Below are positions 58,138 through 64,000 of a stretch of DNA of 64,000 bases, in pieces. Source of the DNA: Pseudomonadota bacterium (GTDB lineage: Bacteria; Pseudomonadota; Gammaproteobacteria; Burkholderiales; Rhodocyclaceae). The notes beneath the pieces were generated by a model, which was given only the letters and a program-made list of their open reading frames with translations, did not search any database and was not told where the DNA came from. Location of the stretch: NCBI GenBank assembly GCA_018241665.1, contig JAFEDK010000008.1, forward strand, positions 391,050 to 455,049, in the 5' to 3' direction. Positions within the stretch are counted from its first letter, which is position 1; every line of letters starts with the position of its first letter. A program made the translations under genes and the position numbers.

Positions 58138-59619
58138 TCAAAGCTTGCTCACAGCAACATGCTTGAGCAGTTCATTGACCGACGCGTGCATGACTTCCGT
58201 TACCGGGAAGGGATAGATACCCATGGCCAGAACACACACGGCAAGGATCGCAAGGAAAACGAACTCGCGATTGTTGATATCGGTCAGCTCCGCCACATGG
58301 TGGTTGGCCACGGCACCGAACACCACTCGCTTGTACATCCAAAGCGTGTAGGCGGCACCGAGGATCAGCGTGGTCGCTGCGCCGAAACCAATCCAGAAAT
58401 TGAACTTCACGGCGCCCAGCGCGACCATGAATTCACCAACAAAACCGGAAGTAGCCGGCAAACCGGAGTTTGCCATTGCGAACAGCATGAACAGCGCGGC
58501 GAACTTCGGCATCACATTCACGACACCACCGTAGTCGGCGATCTGGCGGGAGTGCATACGGTCATACAGCACACCAATCGACGCAAACATCGCGGCAGAT
58601 ACGAAGCCGTGCGAAATCATCTGGACGAGCGCACCCTCAACACCGAGAGGATTGAAAATGAAGAAGCCCAGCGTCACGAAACCCATGTGCGAAATGGACG
58701 AATAGGCGACCAGCTTCTTCATGTCCGTCTGAACGAGCGCCACGAAACCGATGTAGATCACTGCAATCAAGGACAGCGTGATGATCAGCGGCGCAAAGGC
58801 ATGGCTGGCGTCCGGCGCGATCGGCAGGGCGAACCGCAGGAAACCGTAAGCACCCAGTTTCAGACCGATAGCTGCCAGCACGATGGAACCACCAGTCGGC
58901 GCTTCCACGTGGGCGTCCGGCAACCAAGTATGAACCGGGAACATCGGCACCTTGACAGCAAAGGAAACCAGGAAGGCCAGGAAGATCAGGCTCTGCACTT
59001 CCATGCCGAGCTTGAGTTGGTGCCAATCGAGGATGTTGAAGCTGCCACCAGACTCCATGAACAGATAGAGCAGCGCGATCAGCATCAGCAGCGAGCCGGC
59101 AAGCGTGTAGAGGAAGAACTTGATCGCTGCATACACCCGGTTCGCACCGCCCCAAACACCGATGATGATGAACAGCGGGATCAGCGACGCTTCGAAGAAT
59201 ACGTAGAAAAGCACCCCGTCGAGCGCCGAGAAGATGCCGTTGATCAGGCCGGACATGATCAGGAAGGCCGCCATGTACTGTCCGACTTTCTCCTGGATCA
59301 CCTCCCAGCCGGCCACGACAACAATCACGGTGATGAAGCTGTTGAGCAGGACGAAAAGCACGGAAATGCCATCAACACCGAGCACGTAATTGATGTTGAA
59401 GCGCGGAATCCACGGATAGGCTTCCACGAACTGCATGGCACTCGTGGTGGCATCGAAGCCCGTGTAGAGCGGGATGCTGACGGCCAGACCCGCAAGCGCG
59501 AAAAACAGCGCAACAAATCTCGCGACCGACGCATTACGGTCCGACCCCGAAGCGAGCGCTAATAGGCCACCAACGATCGGAACCCAAATCGCAAGGCTGA
59601 GGAATGGAATACCCGTCAT
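58138..59619 (-). CDS. nuoM: NADH-quinone oxidoreductase subunit M
   Basis: [60 protein letters not shown]. Confidence 0.97.
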   Translation of the reverse strand: MTGIPFLSLAIWVPIVGGLLALASGSDRNASVARFVALFFALAGLAVSIPLYTGFDATTSAMQFVEAYPWIPRFNINYVLGVDGISVLFVLLNSFITVIVVVAGWEVIQEKVGQYMAAFLIMSGLINGIFSALDGVLFYVFFEASLIPLFIIIGVWGGANRVYAAIKFFLYTLAGSLLMLIALLYLFMESGGSFNILDWHQLKLGMEVQSLIFLAFLVSFAVKVPMFPVHTWLPDAHVEAPTGGSIVLAAIGLKLGAYGFLRFALPIAPDASHAFAPLIITLSLIAVIYIGFVALVQTDMKKLVAYSSISHMGFVTLGFFIFNPLGVEGALVQMISHGFVSAAMFASIGVLYDRMHSRQIADYGGVVNVMPKFAALFMLFAMANSGLPATSGFVGEFMVALGAVKFNFWIGFGAATTLILGAAYTLWMYKRVVFGAVANHHVAELTDINNREFVFLAILAVCVLAMGIYPFPVTEVMHASVNELLKHVAVSKL

Positions 59620-59705
59620 CTCTACTTTCCGTTCTATGCGCCCCCAAAGGGGCGCAAAAGTCCTAAATTATGTGAAGTGCTTTCAAGCCAGCTGTATCGG
59701 GCGAA

Positions 59706-61763
59706 TCAGCCCCGATTGACCCAGAAGGCCAGCAGCAGGAAAACACCAATAATCATCGAAAACGCATACTGATAGATGTGGCCGCTCTGGAAGAGGCGGG
59801 ACAGCTGGGCGATAAGCCCCACCGTCTTCGCGGAGCCATTCACGACGATGCCGTCGATGATGGTCTGGTCGCCGACCTTCCACAGCAGGCGGCCGAGCAC
59901 ACGGGCACCCGCGGCAAAAACCGCTTCATTGATCTTGTCGAAGTAGTACTTGTTCTCGAGCAAACGGTGGATCGGGCTGAAGACCCGGGCGATCACCGGC
60001 GGAACCGAAGGAACGACCAGATACAGCAGGCCGGCCAGTGCAACGCCACTGATTGCCAGAATGAAAGGCAGCGAGGTGAAGCCATGCAGCGCCATTGCAG
60101 CCGAGCCATGGAACTCCTCACCCAGTTCAGCCATTGCGTGATGATGCTCCGCAAAGTGGATGACGCCCTTGAAGAAATCACCAAACAGCATCTTGTCGAT
60201 CGAGAAGTAACCGACCAGCACTGACGGGATCGCCAGCAGGACCAACGGAACGGTCACGACCCAAGGAGACTCGTGCGGCTTCTGGCCCGGAGCCAGACCA
60301 TGATGGTGTTCATCATGATGATCATCGTCATGACCGTGCTCGTCATGGCCATGCTCGTCGGCGTGGGCGGCATGACCGTGAGCTTCTTCCTCATGGTGTG
60401 CCTTACCAAAGCGCTCTTCGCCGTGAAACACCAGGAAGTACATGCGGAACGAGTAGAAAGCCGTGACGAAGACGCCGGCGATCACGCAGAAATAGGCATA
60501 ACCGGAACCGTACAGCTCTGAAAGCTGAACCGCTTCGATGATGGTGTCCTTGGAGTAGAAGCCGGAGAAGAACGGGAAGCCGATCAGCGCCAGGGAGCCA
60601 AGCAAAGACGTGAGCCAAGTAATCGGCATGTACTTCCACAGGCCGCCCATGTTGCGCATGTCCTGGTCGTGGTGCATGCCGATGATCACGGAGCCGGCGC
60701 CAAGGAACAGCAGGGCCTTGAAGAAGGCGTGGGTCATCAGGTGGAAAACGGCTGCCGAGTAGGCGGACACACCCAGGGCAACAGTCATGTAGCCCAGCTG
60801 AGACAGGGTGGAGTAAGCCACCACACGCTTGATGTCGTGCTGCACGATGCCCAGGAAACCCATGAACAGTGCGGTAGTCGCACCAACGATAAGCACGAAG
60901 GACAGCGCGGTCTCCGAGAGTTCGAACAGCGGCGACATACGTGCGACCATGAAGATACCGGCGGTAACCATGGTTGCCGCGTGGATCAGTGCGGAAATCG
61001 GGGTCGGGCCTTCCATCGAATCCGGCAGCCAGACGTGCAACGGCACCTGAGCCGACTTACCCATCGCACCGATGAACAGGCCGATACAGATCGCAGTGAT
61101 CAGGGGCCAGCCAGTTTCCGGAACCGTCATGCCAGCAAGCTCGCCGGCTTTCGCAAACACTTCGGTGTAATTGAGGGTGCCAGCAAAGGCGGCGATCAAG
61201 CCGATACCAAGGAGGAAACCAAAGTCACCGACACGGTTGACCAGGAAAGCCTTCAGGTTCGCAAAGATTGCCGTCGGACGCGTATACCAAAAGCCGATGA
61301 GCAGATAGGACACCAAGCCCACCGCTTCCCAGCCGAAGAACAACTGAACGAAGTTGTTCGACATCACCAGCATCAGCATCGAGAAGGTGAACAGCGAGAT
61401 ATAGCTGAAGAAACGCTGGTAACCGGGATCCTCCGCCATGTAGCCGATGGTATAGATGTGCACCATCAGGGACACGAAGGTCACCACCAGCATCATCATG
61501 ACCGTCAGGGAATCGATCATGAAGCCGACTTCGAAATCGAGCCCGCCGCTGGACGCCCAGTGATACAGGGTCCCGTTGAACGTGTTCCCGGCCTGAACGT
61601 CCTGGAAGATGATCACCGACAGCGCGAACGCAGCTGCGACACCGGCGATGGTGACGGTATGAGCACCGCGTCTGCCAATGATCTTTCCGAACAGCCCCGC
61701 CATGATTGCGCCGAAAAGCGGCGCAAGCGGAACCAGCAGATATAGCTTTTGGATCCCAGTCAT
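59706..61763 (-). CDS. nuoL: NADH-quinone oxidoreductase subunit L
   Basis: HIYTIGYM, FFGWEAVG, GKSAQVPLHVWLPDSMEGPTPISALIHAATMV, HAFFKALLFL, FYSKD. Confidence 0.97.
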   Translation of the reverse strand: MTGIQKLYLLVPLAPLFGAIMAGLFGKIIGRRGAHTVTIAGVAAAFALSVIIFQDVQAGNTFNGTLYHWASSGGLDFEVGFMIDSLTVMMMLVVTFVSLMVHIYTIGYMAEDPGYQRFFSYISLFTFSMLMLVMSNNFVQLFFGWEAVGLVSYLLIGFWYTRPTAIFANLKAFLVNRVGDFGFLLGIGLIAAFAGTLNYTEVFAKAGELAGMTVPETGWPLITAICIGLFIGAMGKSAQVPLHVWLPDSMEGPTPISALIHAATMVTAGIFMVARMSPLFELSETALSFVLIVGATTALFMGFLGIVQHDIKRVVAYSTLSQLGYMTVALGVSAYSAAVFHLMTHAFFKALLFLGAGSVIIGMHHDQDMRNMGGLWKYMPITWLTSLLGSLALIGFPFFSGFYSKDTIIEAVQLSELYGSGYAYFCVIAGVFVTAFYSFRMYFLVFHGEERFGKAHHEEEAHGHAAHADEHGHDEHGHDDDHHDEHHHGLAPGQKPHESPWVVTVPLVLLAIPSVLVGYFSIDKMLFGDFFKGVIHFAEHHHAMAELGEEFHGSAAMALHGFTSLPFILAISGVALAGLLYLVVPSVPPVIARVFSPIHRLLENKYYFDKINEAVFAAGARVLGRLLWKVGDQTIIDGIVVNGSAKTVGLIAQLSRLFQSGHIYQYAFSMIIGVFLLLAFWVNRG

Positions 61764-61775
61764 TCGAACGCTTCC

Positions 61776-62081
61776 TTATCCCTTGAGGCTATCCAGGTCA
61801 TCAACGTGGATGGTCCGCAGGTTGCGGAACAAGGCCACCAGAATCGCCAGACCAATGGCCGATTCAGCAGCTGCCACAGTCAAAATGAAGAACACAAAAA
61901 TCTGGCCTGCAGCGTCCCCGAGGTAATACGAGAATGCGACGAAGTTCAAATTGACGGCCAACAACATCAACTCGATCGCCATCAGCAGCACGATCAGGTT
62001 CTTACGATTCAAGAAGATGCCAACCACGCTTATCGCGAAAAGAATGGCACCCAATATCAGATAGTGAGACAACGAAAGCAT
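61776..62081 (-). CDS. nuoK: NADH-quinone oxidoreductase subunit K
   Basis: [31 protein letters not shown]. Confidence 0.97.
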   Translation of the reverse strand: MLSLSHYLILGAILFAISVVGIFLNRKNLIVLLMAIELMLLAVNLNFVAFSYYLGDAAGQIFVFFILTVAAAESAIGLAILVALFRNLRTIHVDDLDSLKG

Positions 62082-62113
62082 TACTAGGCCCCCCTGACGA
62101 TCGCCAGCAGAAA

Positions 62114-62716
62114 TTATTCTTTTTCTGCACGCATCGAAACGATGCGCACACGATCATCACGCTTGACAGCAACCTGCTCGGCCGGATCGATGATCTTCAC
62201 GTTCTTGCGCTTGCGCAGCGTCAGCGCAACGGCAGCCACCATAGCAACCAGCAGCACGATGGAAGCCAGTTCGAACGGATAAACATATTCGGTGTAGAGC
62301 AGTCGGCCAAGCTCCTTGGTGTTGCTGTAGCCCTGCTCCACTTCGGCAGGCTTCGGCATCGCGTCAAGACCGAAGTAGCGGCCGCCGAGCACCATGACCA
62401 TCTCGACCACCATCAGCACGCCAATCAGTGCACCAACCGGCAGATAGCTCCAGAAACCCTGCCGGATCCGCTCGAGGTTGATGTCCAGCATCATCACCAC
62501 GAACAGGAACAGGACCATCACCGCGCCGACATAGACCATCACTAGGGCGATGGCCAGGAACTCGGCGTGCAGCAACATCCAGATCCCGCCGGCACTGAAG
62601 AAGGCCAGCACGAGGAACAGGGCGGCGTGGACAGGGTTGCGCGCGGTGATTACCCGCAGCGACGCCAGTACCATGACCGTCGAAAAGAAATAAAAGACTA
62701 TCGACTGAAAATCCAT
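62114..62716 (-). CDS. nuoJ: NADH-quinone oxidoreductase subunit J
   Basis: [42 protein letters not shown]. Confidence 0.96.
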   Translation of the reverse strand: MDFQSIVFYFFSTVMVLASLRVITARNPVHAALFLVLAFFSAGGIWMLLHAEFLAIALVMVYVGAVMVLFLFVVMMLDINLERIRQGFWSYLPVGALIGVLMVVEMVMVLGGRYFGLDAMPKPAEVEQGYSNTKELGRLLYTEYVYPFELASIVLLVAMVAAVALTLRKRKNVKIIDPAEQVAVKRDDRVRIVSMRAEKE

Positions 62717-62757
62717 CTGCGTATTCCGATGTATGTGTCCGTATCCGCTGCGCGTCT

Positions 62758-63246
62758 TTACCGGTACTTCGAATCGATTTCTCGATCCTTCGCAATTTGC
62801 GCCTCGTACCGATCCCCAACCGCAAGAAGCATCTGCTTGGTGTAATACAGATCGCCCCTCTTTTCGCCGTGGTACTCAAAAACACGGGTTTCAACGATCG
62901 CATCCACCGGACACGCTTCCTCGCAGAAGCCGCAGAAGATGCACTTGGTCAAATCGATGTCGTAGCGGCTGGTACGGCGGGAGCCGTCATCACGCTGTTC
63001 GGATTCGATCGTGATCGCCATCGCCGGGCAAATTGCTTCACAGAGCTTGCAGGCAATGCAGCGCTCCTCGCCATTCGGATACCGACGCAAGGCATGCAGC
63101 CCGCGGAAGCGGTTGCTCTGGGGCGTTTTTTCCTCGGGAAACTGGACCGTGATCTTCCTGGCAAAGAGATGACGTCCGGTCAGTGCCAGGCCCTTAAGCA
63201 ATTCCTTAAGGAACAGGCTCCCGATGTAATTCTTCATAGAACCCAT
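62758..63246 (-). CDS. nuoI: NADH-quinone oxidoreductase subunit I
   Basis: [41 protein letters not shown] (two 4Fe-4S). Start ATG 63246. Confidence 0.97.
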   Translation of the reverse strand: MGSMKNYIGSLFLKELLKGLALTGRHLFARKITVQFPEEKTPQSNRFRGLHALRRYPNGEERCIACKLCEAICPAMAITIESEQRDDGSRRTSRYDIDLTKCIFCGFCEEACPVDAIVETRVFEYHGEKRGDLYYTKQMLLAVGDRYEAQIAKDREIDSKYR

Positions 63247-63256
63247 ATCGACCCCC

Positions 63257-64000
63257 TTACTTCCACAACGACAACGGCGACATGATCCACACCGCAACCA
63301 CGACCACCCAGAAGAGGGTCAGCGGAATGAATACCTTCCAACCCAGCCGCATGATGTGGTCGTAGCGGAAGCGCGGGAACGTTGCACGGAACCAAAGAAA
63401 CAAGAACAGAATGAACGAAATCTTGAGAGCCAGCCACACGAAGCCGTCCGGCAGGAAGCTCACCGGCGACAGCCAGCCACCCAGGAACAGGATGGAGGTC
63501 AGCGCGGAGATAAGGATCATGTTCGCGTATTCACCGAGGAAAAACAGCGCAAAAGCCATCCCGGAATACTCGACCATGTGCCCCGCCACGATTTCCGACT
63601 CACCTTCCACCACATCGAACGGCGCGCGGTTGGTTTCCGCGATGCCGGAGATCAGATAGACGATGAACATCGGGAAGAGCGGCAACCAGTTCCAGCTCAG
63701 GAAGCCCAGGCCCAGTTCGGCGCCCTGCCCCTTGCCCTGACTCGCGACGATATCCGACAGATTAAGGCTGGAGGAGATCATCAGCACGCAGACAAGCGCG
63801 AACCCCATCGCGATTTCGTAGGACACCATCTGTGCGGCAGCCCGCACGCCCCCCAGGAAGGCGTACTTAGAGTTGGACGCCCAACCGGCAATGATCACGC
63901 CGTACACCTCGATGGAGGTGACCGCCAGCAGGAACAGCAGACCGGCGTCCACATTGCCGATCACCCAGCCGTCACTGAAGGGAACCACCGACCAGGCAGC
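63257..64000 (-). CDS. nuoH: NADH-quinone oxidoreductase subunit H (5' part outside the window)
   Basis: [56 protein letters not shown]. Confidence 0.96.
   Translation of the reverse strand, partial: AAWSVVPFSDGWVIGNVDAGLLFLLAVTSIEVYGVIIAGWASNSKYAFLGGVRAAAQMVSYEIAMGFALVCVLMISSSLNLSDIVASQGKGQGAELGLGFLSWNWLPLFPMFIVYLISGIAETNRAPFDVVEGESEIVAGHMVEYSGMAFALFFLGEYANMILISALTSILFLGGWLSPVSFLPDGFVWLALKISFILFLFLWFRATFPRFRYDHIMRLGWKVFIPLTLFWVVVVAVWIMSPLSLWK

Overview
Chromosomal segment of a high-GC betaproteobacterium, Rhodocyclales-like (Zoogloea/Thauera/Azoarcus type, inferred from gene content only). No database searches were run; family calls come from motif recognition in the supplied translations. 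Left end (1-11.7 kb): OmpA, then a PEP-CTERM/exosortase-A regulatory block on the minus strand (sugar transferase, prsK, prsR, prsT, nucleotide-sugar dehydrogenase, Sel1-lytic transglycosylase, trypsin-like protease). Middle (12-48.3 kb, visibly richer in GC): kup, modD, two sensor-GGDEF-EAL proteins, and a translationally coupled run of PP0621-like, pilS, pilR, a permease-fused hybrid kinase and a LuxR-type regulator. It also holds mtnA plus a class II aldolase (DHAP-shunt type), a hybrid kinase/HD-GYP pair, two REP doublets with tandemly amplified ends, an orphan two-domain protein resembling phage/eCIS tail-tube proteins, ybiB, a standalone caspase-family protease and a sigma54-driven nasA. 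Right end (48.3-64 kb): the exosortase-A-associated hydrolase 1/hydrolase 2/ACP/GNAT/glycosyltransferase/acyl-CoA ligase/PLP-decarboxylase cluster, DUF3579- and DUF2818-like genes, and nuoN-M-L-K-J-I-H (nuoH partial). No rRNA, tRNA, CRISPR array, integrase or transposase was recognised. The best novelty candidates are the orphan tandem tail-tube-like gene with its ybiB/caspase neighbours, the REP-end amplification, the permease-kinase appended to pilSR, and the Cys/Arg hydrolase pair.
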